Origin: Marine Group II euryarchaeote MED-G35 | GTDB taxonomy: Archaea > Thermoplasmatota > Poseidoniia > Poseidoniales > Thalassarchaeaceae | Length of the DNA: 64,000 nucleotides | Reading direction: 5' to 3' | NCBI GenBank assembly: GCA_002457155.1 | Contig: NTJS01000002.1 | Coordinates: 8,630-72,629, forward strand | Shown: piece by piece, positions 54,020 through 62,169 of the stretch | Layout: the number at the start of each line of letters is the position of its first letter | Position numbering within the stretch: position 1 is the stretch's first letter | Notes under the pieces: model-generated | The model's input: only the letters and a program-made list of their open reading frames with translations | Told to the model about the DNA's origin: nothing | Database searches by the model: none | Program-made: the position numbers and the translations under genes

Positions 54020-54100
54020 GATTACTACTGGAAAATTCATTCTCGCCCCGAACTATTCCGAATCTTTCATGACCGCAGTTGATAACGACAACTCGTCAAT

Positions 54101-54841
54101 ATGGTGGAACTTGGGGACGATCTGGTAATCTCGCTCGCACTGGTTTCGGGCCTATTGCTAATCTCCATGACCAAAGATCTCCTAGACGGGGGCGGACTAT
54201 TGGCAGCTCTGTTGGTGGGTTTGACAATCTCTCTTCTAGGGCATTGGACCTGGCTCGTGGTCCTAATGACATTCCTAATTGTCGGATCCACGGCCACCAA
54301 ATGGAGATTCGAGGAGAAGGCAAGGATCTCGGCCGAGGAAGCCAACGACGGAGTGAGGGGGTGGAAGAACGTCCTGGCAAACGGTGGCATGGCCAGCATT
54401 GTCGCCATTGGACATTTCTTCATCGGCGGCCACGAATGGTCATACTTCCTCCTCTGCTCAGCGGTTTCTGTTGCAGCTTCTGATACGCTCGCCTCGGAAA
54501 TTGGCAGCCTTGATCCTAGGACACGAATCATCACAACATTGGAGTCCGTTCCAGCAGGAACGAACGGCGGCATGTCTCCTACTGGCACGCTTGCTGCATT
54601 TTACGGGGCATTACTAATCGCCGTAGTATCTTCTATTCTGGGTGCGATTAACGGAGATCGAACCCCCCTTGAAATTTTTTTCCCGGCGGTGATATTGTTT
54701 GGCTGGCTCGGATGCCAGGTTGACTCGATTCTGGGAGCCCTTCTTGAGAATCGAGGATTCCTAGGAAAGCATAGTGTTAACTTTATTTCCACAGTTTCCG
54801 GGTCCATAATGGCACTATTTGTAGCAACGAGGCTTTTGTAA
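54101..54841 (+). CDS. DUF92 / TMEM19 family integral membrane protein
   Basis: The motifs are GVRGWKNVLANGG and SDTLASEIG. Confidence 0.7.
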   Translation: MVELGDDLVISLALVSGLLLISMTKDLLDGGGLLAALLVGLTISLLGHWTWLVVLMTFLIVGSTATKWRFEEKARISAEEANDGVRGWKNVLANGGMASIVAIGHFFIGGHEWSYFLLCSAVSVAASDTLASEIGSLDPRTRIITTLESVPAGTNGGMSPTGTLAAFYGALLIAVVSSILGAINGDRTPLEIFFPAVILFGWLGCQVDSILGALLENRGFLGKHSVNFISTVSGSIMALFVATRLL

Positions 54842-54869
54842 CACGGAGACGAAGGATTGAACATTCAGT

Positions 54870-57230
54870 TTGGGGCAGAATCTAATGATGGAAAAGATGC
54901 ATTCGGGAAGGGTGCCACTTCTAGTCTCCATAGTCATAGTGCTAACTCTGATGGTATCATCCTCCGGAATTGCCCAGAACCAAACAGCCTATGAGGGACC
55001 CGGACTAGACTTTGAATATCCCGAACAACACATGTTGTTCCTCAAGGGTGTAGAGGAAAACCACTTTCTGGACAGAAACTGGACAACAGTCACCGGCCTA
55101 CCATCAGGAAGTGCGACATTTTCCAAGACCAGCTCATTCACACTTCCCACCATAGTGGATGCCTTTTCGTCTCCTACTCAAGAGCCATTCAATTTCGAAG
55201 GCAACGTTTCCGTCAGGCTGTTCGCCTCCCTTGAGTCGGCTAGTGATATCTGCTCTATGTCGGATCTCCCAGTGGGTGGCCCATTAGGTTCTGAGACCCA
55301 ATTCTCCGTCTCTCTAACGATGGGCGGAATATCGGCTCTTTCTAACGTCTATACAGAACCTATCGTGATGAATAAGGATCGGACTGAGCCACACATCTTC
55401 GAGGTCAGAGCAGACAATGTGAACATCTCAATGAATTCAGGCGAGGAAATACGACTATCCATCCAGGTTAGGCACGAATGTGCGGTCTCCGGAACCCTAT
55501 GGTGGGGTACGTACGATGCCAGAACTGGAGTAGTTTTTGACGGGCACATTGTCGAGACTGAGTTGGATGTAATTGTTGACCAGAATCGCATGGCAAGAAT
55601 TGGGTTCACACCTTTCTCACCATGGGGTGCAACTGATTTCTCAGCCCAGTCAATCGAGCTTGTCGGTCCAATGCCTTGGTCGGAAATGAGGCATGGCAAG
55701 CACTACGAAGATACTTGGGTTGACCACTTTGAGATTCCAGATGGATTTTCCAAGGGCGAGGGGAACAGAACCGTTCTCAATTGGATAACCGACCAGCCAC
55801 TAGTTCCCGGCGATTATATGCTTGACGCGTGCATGGTGCTTTCCGATCAAGATCCGGGCGAAACCTGCCATTCGTGGGCGCTCTTAAGATTCAGTGTTCC
55901 CGCTGACGAACCCCCCATTCTCGGTTCTGCAGCCGCAGCGGCATTCGTCTTCATGGGGATGTTTGCTTGGGTGGGGGCTTCAATGAGGGGGGGGCAACTG
56001 CCATTGCCTGCTTACGGTGCGATTTTGCTCCTTGCCTTGGCATCATCCGTTACTGCTCTCAGCCTCCCAGATATAGACTCAGAGAACTATAGGGAAGGAG
56101 GGGCAGCACCAAATTTCATTCTCCTTTCCCATAATCCAGATTCTGGAGCGGGATCCCTTTCGGACCTATTGGAAGACTCAGATGTTGCTGTCATAGGGCT
56201 GTTCACTCCTGGTTCGCCCAACGCCAAGAGGCAGATGGTTGACTTCGAGTCGGCTGAGAAGGTTCTGGCTATTGACGGTCTTTCTGCCTCCTTCGCGCAG
56301 ATAGCTACTGGAGAGGATGTGAAGGCATACAATTTGGATGATTTCTCCGAGGAGATAAATGGGTCTTGGCCCTTGCTACTCGATGACGGAACAGTGGGGC
56401 AGTCTCTTCCAAGCGGACCGACTGATTCGGTTTTTGTCATTGACTCAGCCGGATTCATCGCCTCGTGGTCTCCAGGTTCGATGTCTCCTTCAGATATCCA
56501 ATCTGCTTCCGAAGATGCTTCATTCGGTTCTGGCAAATCTCCTATGGGCTTACTCTCAATGGCTGCAGGGCTCTCCCTTCTGCCTCTACTGGTGCTATCC
56601 ATGCCTAGTGAGAGGAATTACGAGGCACCTGAAGATGCACTGATTCCTGGCGTTGGGATTTTCATGACCATGGGAGCTTCGTCCTTCGGATTCTTGGCAT
56701 GGGCAACTCCAATCGCAATTCTCTCATCATTGGGATTGGGTCCTCATTGGATCATCCTCGAGATATTATTGTCCATCATCCTGGTTTATCATGGCGTTTC
56801 GATGCTTACAAGAGGGAGGGTTTTCGAACTCGAGCACTTGTCACGTCTCCTCCACTCTAGGATGAGTCAGAAATACAGGGATTGGAGGGGGGACAAGAGG
56901 TTCTCCGAAGACGTCTATCTCGGACTATGGCTTGCTTGGATTTCTTGGCTCATCGACCCCTCTATGATTGCACAAGGAGTGGGGGCGATGGCCAGATCGG
57001 GTCTTATTGGGGCAACCCTTTCTCCATTGATGCTGGTGGGATTCGGGATCTCGGCTGGATTGGTAGTCGCAATATTGAGATCAATACCTCTCTTGCTTGG
57101 GAAGTACGCTTCGATCATCGGTCTGCTCAGTGTCGGCATACGTCCGAGAGCATGGGGCGTTTCTATTGCAATAATGGGGCTATGGACGCTTATGAGCATC
57201 TCAATGGGCCCTATAGCGTCTACATTCTGA
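54870..57230 (+). CDS. large polytopic membrane protein with two extracytoplasmic domains (the second resembles a Cys-less thioredoxin/redoxin fold)
   Basis: A signal anchor is followed by a beta-rich domain of about 330 aa and 2 TM helices. Next is a domain of about 170 aa (PNFILLSHNP...VIGLFTPGSPNAKRQ...VFVIDSAGFIASW), followed by about 8 TM helices. The start is uncertain, and I recognised no catalytic motif. Confidence 0.55.
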   Translation: MGQNLMMEKMHSGRVPLLVSIVIVLTLMVSSSGIAQNQTAYEGPGLDFEYPEQHMLFLKGVEENHFLDRNWTTVTGLPSGSATFSKTSSFTLPTIVDAFSSPTQEPFNFEGNVSVRLFASLESASDICSMSDLPVGGPLGSETQFSVSLTMGGISALSNVYTEPIVMNKDRTEPHIFEVRADNVNISMNSGEEIRLSIQVRHECAVSGTLWWGTYDARTGVVFDGHIVETELDVIVDQNRMARIGFTPFSPWGATDFSAQSIELVGPMPWSEMRHGKHYEDTWVDHFEIPDGFSKGEGNRTVLNWITDQPLVPGDYMLDACMVLSDQDPGETCHSWALLRFSVPADEPPILGSAAAAAFVFMGMFAWVGASMRGGQLPLPAYGAILLLALASSVTALSLPDIDSENYREGGAAPNFILLSHNPDSGAGSLSDLLEDSDVAVIGLFTPGSPNAKRQMVDFESAEKVLAIDGLSASFAQIATGEDVKAYNLDDFSEEINGSWPLLLDDGTVGQSLPSGPTDSVFVIDSAGFIASWSPGSMSPSDIQSASEDASFGSGKSPMGLLSMAAGLSLLPLLVLSMPSERNYEAPEDALIPGVGIFMTMGASSFGFLAWATPIAILSSLGLGPHWIILEILLSIILVYHGVSMLTRGRVFELEHLSRLLHSRMSQKYRDWRGDKRFSEDVYLGLWLAWISWLIDPSMIAQGVGAMARSGLIGATLSPLMLVGFGISAGLVVAILRSIPLLLGKYASIIGLLSVGIRPRAWGVSIAIMGLWTLMSISMGPIASTF

Positions 57231-57285
57231 CATCCCTCCCGACCGAGAGCATCATAAGAGGGAAACCGTTCTCTGAACCACCCTT

Positions 57286-57471
57286 GGGGGTATAGTATAA
57301 CCTGGTAGTACCGCGGGCTCCAGTTGCACGGGAATGACGACGAGGAGGTATTCTGATGGCTTTGATGACCAACTGGAGCACCGACCCGTCGCAAACCGAG
57401 AGCGTGCGCGAGCCGGGTGCACGCTAAGCGGAAGAAACCCGCTGATCTGGGTTCAAATCCCAGTGCCCCCA
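57286..57471 (+). tRNA. tRNA-Trp (anticodon CCA) interrupted by an intron of about 113 nt (about 57324-57436); CCA encoded at 57472-57474
   Basis: The exons fold into a cloverleaf. The acceptor is GGGGGTA/TGCCCCC, the anticodon stem GCGGG/CCCGC, the loop CTCCAG|A, and the T arm CTGGG-TTCAAAT-CCCAG. I placed the intron at the canonical 37/38 position, so the exact junctions are not verified. Confidence 0.85.
57324..57394 (+). ncRNA. box C/D guide RNA embedded in the tRNA-Trp intron
   Basis: Box C is ATGACGA (57334-57340). A 12-nt spacer is followed by D' CTGA (57353-57356). C' is TGATGA (57363-57368). A second 12-nt spacer, CCAACTGGAGCA, is followed by D CCGA (57381-57384). The terminal stem is TTGCACGGG / CCCGTCGCAA. 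The D guide pairs with GCTCCAGTTG of the pre-tRNA and places C34 at the N+5 position. Confidence 0.8.
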
Positions 57472-57545
57472 CCACTCTTCTGCCTTTGCGAAGCGTATCC
57501 CCAGCACTCCATTTTCGGTTGGATTGAAGACATAAGCATGCTCGC

Positions 57546-59672
57546 ATGGAGCCGATGAACAGGTCTCCGATAGCCTTGGCTCTGGTCTCCCTTCTGATAT
57601 CTCCACTTTGCGGAAGCATCGCTGCATCGAGTTTGGGGGCCACCGCTGAAACAAATTACCTAAGGGGACCTCAGTTAATTGTCTACGGACAAAGTACTGA
57701 AGTCCCGGAGCAGGGCGAAATATGGTGGGACCCCGATGTCGAATGGTGGGAAGTTTCGACCCTCGACGAAGACAGGGATGGCGTCCACGACTCAATTCAG
57801 ACCGTCTCCGGACCAGTAAACATCGGGCTCTCTTTTTCTCGCGAATTCTCCGATGAAGATAGGAAGATGCTGGAATCAATGGGGTTCGAAATCCATCTTG
57901 AGTTGCCCATAGTTGATGCTGTTCTCCTCGGCGATGTTGATTCCTCTCAGATCCCCGTGCTCGCAGGAATAGAGGGGGTTGCGATGGTCGAGAGGTACGG
58001 CTCGGTTGTATTCTATGGGGATGTGCAGACCCCTGCCGTGAAGGCCAGTAACTCCTCCTATTACCCCATTGGAGCATGGGACCTCGGACTTTCGGGTAAG
58101 GGAATTAATATCGCAATGGTCGATACCGGCGTGGATAACGAGCACCCCGGTCTGGAAGGGAAGTTTGTGTCTGGGTATGATGCTGTCTGCTATTTGCACA
58201 GCGATCCCCAATGCGTCCTTGCCGGAGGACGGGCGGAGGACGGCTCCTTCGATCCGGATGATGGGAATCAACATGGCACAGCGTGCATGGGCATGGCTAG
58301 TGCAACTGGGTTGGAGGCAGATGGGACACAATCTTCCTTCTATGGCTCCGCGCCAGATGCGGGTCTAGTGGATGTCCGGATAGGTACTGATGTCGGGGCG
58401 GGCCCCTTCGAGAACTATTTGCTTGAACAGGAGGCCTATGAGTCTGCTATGAACGGCCTCCAGTGGATTATTGACCACAAGGATGACGCATGGCCTGGTG
58501 TCGACGAGGAGAGCCATGGGATTGACATCATCTCTCTTTCATGGGGGATCACCAGTCACGAAGGTGGCGGCTCTGACGGATCAGACATGCATAGCCGAAT
58601 ATTGGATGAGGCAATGGAGGCAGGTATCGTGGTGTCCAACGCGGCTGGTAACGATGGTGAGGAAAATGACGGCCTTTCCGGGATGAGCTCTTCTTCCCTC
58701 TCCATTACCGTTGCTGCGACAGATGACAAGAATACAGTCGACCGGGCAGATGACGAAATCGCTGGCTATTCTTCCAGAGGTCCTAGGAAGGACAATGGAG
58801 ATGGGAACCCGGTCAATGAACTGATTCCTGAGATTAGTGCGCCCGGGTCCAACATCATCCAGGCGGAGGGTTGCGTCAGCAGTGGTTCTTGCAACAATTT
58901 CATCGGAGGGGATGCATCCCAGAATACCTACACTGGGAGGGGAAGCGGAACCTCATACGCCACCCCTTCTGTGAGTGGGGTGATTGCTTTGGTGTTGGAA
59001 GCCAACTCTAACCTGACGCCATTACAGGTCAAGGAGGTCCTGAAGCATACCTCAGAGCTTAGGGGAGAGCCAAGTGCACCCGAAGTAGACCCATACTGGA
59101 ACCGAGAATTCGGATATGGGATGGTAGACGCTTTGGCAGCCGTCGAACTCGCAATTTTCCTCCAAGAATCAGGGCAATCTAAGTCAATTGACCCGGAATT
59201 ACAGAATCACGGTCTCAACTTCACTCAGGAGGGGATTATCAACATCACAGGGCATGCTTGGGGGCAATCCGGACCTATAGAAAGCGTCGAATTCAGAATT
59301 GATGGAGGAACATGGCAAGAGGCAACATACTCGGAGACAATAGGGGAAATCGGAGCGCTGACACCTTTCCTTTGGCATGTTCTCCTAGATCCGGATAAAC
59401 TATCAGGCGGAAATCACACTATAGAGGTCCATGCTGTTTCTGGAGACTTCCATTCCCTGCCAGTATTATACGAAGTCGCGGGTGCTGGTTCAGGCTCATC
59501 AGCCAATGGCATTCCATCTTGGGTGATTGGCCTTGTCGCACTAGTCGCTCTGGCCTGGGTCGGATCCCTGGTCCTAATCAGATTCCGATCGGATGAACAG
59601 ATAGAGGGGATGATGACCTCTTTCATGAATCGTAAGGAACAAGTTATCGACGCTGAGATAATCGAAAAATAA
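57546..59672 (+). CDS. secreted subtilisin-like serine protease (S8 family) with C-terminal TM anchor
   Basis: A signal peptide is present. The catalytic triad contexts are VDTGVD, HGTACMG and GTSYATPSVSG. The C-terminal helix is WVIGLVALVALAWVGSLVLI. Confidence 0.9.
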   Translation: MEPMNRSPIALALVSLLISPLCGSIAASSLGATAETNYLRGPQLIVYGQSTEVPEQGEIWWDPDVEWWEVSTLDEDRDGVHDSIQTVSGPVNIGLSFSREFSDEDRKMLESMGFEIHLELPIVDAVLLGDVDSSQIPVLAGIEGVAMVERYGSVVFYGDVQTPAVKASNSSYYPIGAWDLGLSGKGINIAMVDTGVDNEHPGLEGKFVSGYDAVCYLHSDPQCVLAGGRAEDGSFDPDDGNQHGTACMGMASATGLEADGTQSSFYGSAPDAGLVDVRIGTDVGAGPFENYLLEQEAYESAMNGLQWIIDHKDDAWPGVDEESHGIDIISLSWGITSHEGGGSDGSDMHSRILDEAMEAGIVVSNAAGNDGEENDGLSGMSSSSLSITVAATDDKNTVDRADDEIAGYSSRGPRKDNGDGNPVNELIPEISAPGSNIIQAEGCVSSGSCNNFIGGDASQNTYTGRGSGTSYATPSVSGVIALVLEANSNLTPLQVKEVLKHTSELRGEPSAPEVDPYWNREFGYGMVDALAAVELAIFLQESGQSKSIDPELQNHGLNFTQEGIINITGHAWGQSGPIESVEFRIDGGTWQEATYSETIGEIGALTPFLWHVLLDPDKLSGGNHTIEVHAVSGDFHSLPVLYEVAGAGSGSSANGIPSWVIGLVALVALAWVGSLVLIRFRSDEQIEGMMTSFMNRKEQVIDAEIIEK

Positions 59673-59741
59673 GTCCCCGAATTGGAAATCGGAGCATTCC
59701 GAGCCGCCTTGTTAAAATCCTAGAACAGAAGTCCGCAGGTC

Positions 59742-60887
59742 ATGGTGCGATTCTCCGACCGTTCGAACAGCATTCGTCCAACGGGTGTCAGGAGAATGTT
59801 CGATATGGCAGGTGACGATGCGGTGCAATTCGGACTGGGGGAGCCGGACTTCCAACCTCCAGACATTGCCATTGAGGCTTTCACCAGGGCAATGAAGGAT
59901 GGCAGGAACAAGTACACAACGACCGCCGGCCTCCCAGAACTCCGCAAAAAAATCGCAGAAATGTGGCATCATCGAATCCCCACTCTGGATGAATCCAATG
60001 TATGCATTACGATGAGCGGAACTAATGCTTTGCTGGACATCTTCCTAGCAATTGTAAACCCCGGCGACAAGGTCATGATCCCGGAGCCATACTTCCCACT
60101 CTATCCGCCCGATATCGTTATCTGTGGGGGAGAGCCATCTTTCTACCCATGTAAATTCGAGAACGGTTTCGTTCCGACCATTTCCGACCTCGAGGAGATC
60201 GTGGACGATAAGACGGTCGCCATCCTGTACAACTTCCCTAGCAATCCAACCGGCGGCAATGTGAATGAGGAGCAAAGAGACGAATTGGTTGAGTTCGCAA
60301 GAGAGAACGATCTGTGGCTAATCACCGACGAGGTTTACGATCGGATAGTCTACGACGCCCCCCATGTTTCTTTCCTGGGTGCAGGCTATGACAAGCTGGT
60401 CATGGTCCAATCCTTCTCCAAGACTTTCGCAATGACCGGGTGGAGGATAGGGTACCTCCTATCACCGGACCCCGAATTCATGGTCGAGTTGACCAAGATG
60501 CAGTACTACGTGACCGCCTGCTCAAACGATGCCATGCAGCACGCAGTGCTGGAGGCATTGGCGAATTACCCAAATTACCCAGAGGAGATGTGCGCCGAGT
60601 TCAAGGCCCGTAGGGATTTGATTTGCGAGAGGCTGAATTCCATACCTGGGGTCTCATGCCACACGCCGACCGGGGCATTCTACGTCTTCCCAAAGGTTGA
60701 GGTCCCTGGCATGAATAGCGAGGAAATAGCACTGAAACTCCTCGAAGGGGGTGTCCTTTGCTCCCCCGGGACCGCATTCGGAGACGCGGGCGAGGGGCAT
60801 CTGAGATTCGCTTACACGATCGGCAGGGAAGACATCTCCAGAGGGATGGACAGAGTGGAAAGAGTACTTAGAGAGCTAAGGGGCTGA
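59742..60887 (+). CDS. class I/II PLP-dependent aminotransferase (aspartate aminotransferase-like)
   Basis: The motifs are GEPDF, YPSNPTGG-like (FPSNPTGG) and the PLP lysine context SFSKTFAMTGWRIGY. Confidence 0.85.
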   Translation: MVRFSDRSNSIRPTGVRRMFDMAGDDAVQFGLGEPDFQPPDIAIEAFTRAMKDGRNKYTTTAGLPELRKKIAEMWHHRIPTLDESNVCITMSGTNALLDIFLAIVNPGDKVMIPEPYFPLYPPDIVICGGEPSFYPCKFENGFVPTISDLEEIVDDKTVAILYNFPSNPTGGNVNEEQRDELVEFARENDLWLITDEVYDRIVYDAPHVSFLGAGYDKLVMVQSFSKTFAMTGWRIGYLLSPDPEFMVELTKMQYYVTACSNDAMQHAVLEALANYPNYPEEMCAEFKARRDLICERLNSIPGVSCHTPTGAFYVFPKVEVPGMNSEEIALKLLEGGVLCSPGTAFGDAGEGHLRFAYTIGREDISRGMDRVERVLRELRG

Positions 60888-60906
60888 TTGAATCCTCACT
60901 CGGCGA

Positions 60907-62169
60907 CTAGTCGTCCTTGAACAGATCGAAGGGCATGTCAATCATCTCGCTACCTTCCAAGGTTTCTCCGAAGTTTGCTTCGTTAATCCCCTCTTCAGGG
61001 TTCGCTATTCCCCCCTCCACATCTGAATTGGAAATATCGCCCCCTTCGCTCAACTCCTTTGTCCTGAGGGACTCAAGTTTCTCCTCTTGTCCAAACATCC
61101 AATCTGGCATCGACTGAGAGCCTCCTAGGACTGAAATCGTCGTGAAGGTGGCCATGGGTAGGACGGAAATCGCCACTATGAAGTCTAGGATCGCAGTTTC
61201 AGGCATTTCCGCATCAGGCGCAATCATTTCGAGGACTATCTTCTCCAGTTGCATCTCATGCCATTGTTCGTAGTTCACGTTGAGAACATCGAGTGAGAAC
61301 AGGAGCACCAGTCTGGCGACTAGCCAATAGAGAAAGATAGGCAGAATCCAGGATAGTCTGGATACCCTCCAAACCACATTCCTGAACATCGCTGCTATTC
61401 CGACTAGGTGCCATGACACAAGGGGGTGAACTCTGACAGCTATCCATAGAGCAACCAGGTAACCCGCCATTCCTAGATCGAAAGCCCTACTGGGCCTAAC
61501 AATGTAATCAGGCATTCCTTCCATGATGACAAGTGGGACCACGATTAGGATTACCTGCATAGGGACCGCAAGGAGTTGAAGGCCGCCATGTATTGCCATG
61601 AGGTCGAAATCCCCGTCCTTTGTCTTCGAGTGAACTAGTTTGACCATCTTCCCATATGGACTCCCTTGCAGATGCAGTCTTGCCCTATCCACCAACTCGG
61701 GATCCCCGGTTCTGGGACTCAATCTGAGAAAGGGCAACACCCCTCCCTGATTGGTGACGAAGAAGGGCCTAAAGCCACCAAAAACAAGTGCCAATGCTAT
61801 GGAGATGACACCATAAGAAAGCCCAGCAGTTACGACCCAGTGAATCAATTCGGTCCGAACGCTGACTTGCGCTGCTTCGTAGTCGACATGGATCAGATAG
61901 GTCAGGGAGAAGAGGATTATGGGGGCCATTGTGATTTGCAAAACCACTAACAGAGCAAGGGACAACTGTTTGGTAACTTTCCCCCTCTCAACCATATCGC
62001 CCACGGCCCTGCATTGCACCATAAGCACTTCATTAGAAGCAGACATTACAAGACTCGTTAGCGTACAGAAACCGTTCCACCGTCTCATCATCCCAAACGA
62101 ACCACAGTCCCCAACCTTCTTACACGATTTAACACCGCAATTTGGTGTCAATGAGTTCGGTTCGTGCAC
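60907..62169 (-). CDS. polytopic membrane protein with acidic C-terminal tail, function unknown
   Basis: There are about 8 hydrophobic segments. The real start is probably an internal Met (for example at 62091 or 61995), because the longest ORF overlaps the divergent gene start. Confidence 0.5.
   Translation of the reverse strand: MHEPNSLTPNCGVKSCKKVGDCGSFGMMRRWNGFCTLTSLVMSASNEVLMVQCRAVGDMVERGKVTKQLSLALLVVLQITMAPIILFSLTYLIHVDYEAAQVSVRTELIHWVVTAGLSYGVISIALALVFGGFRPFFVTNQGGVLPFLRLSPRTGDPELVDRARLHLQGSPYGKMVKLVHSKTKDGDFDLMAIHGGLQLLAVPMQVILIVVPLVIMEGMPDYIVRPSRAFDLGMAGYLVALWIAVRVHPLVSWHLVGIAAMFRNVVWRVSRLSWILPIFLYWLVARLVLLFSLDVLNVNYEQWHEMQLEKIVLEMIAPDAEMPETAILDFIVAISVLPMATFTTISVLGGSQSMPDWMFGQEEKLESLRTKELSEGGDISNSDVEGGIANPEEGINEANFGETLEGSEMIDMPFDLFKDD

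Noticed and set aside
57341-57352. D' guide of the tRNA-Trp intron targeting the 3' end of 16S rRNA (anti-Shine-Dalgarno region)
   Set aside because: Only a 7-nt core (ACCTCCT) would match a generic 16S 3' end. The organism's rRNA is not in the window. I retained it only as an open question in the orphan-guide finding.
56915-58077. Minus-strand ORFs 56915-57643 and 57424-58077, and plus ORF 57334-57558
   Set aside because: They span the tRNA-Trp gene and its box C/D intron, or lie antisense to the S8 protease and the upstream membrane protein. They have no protein-family features.
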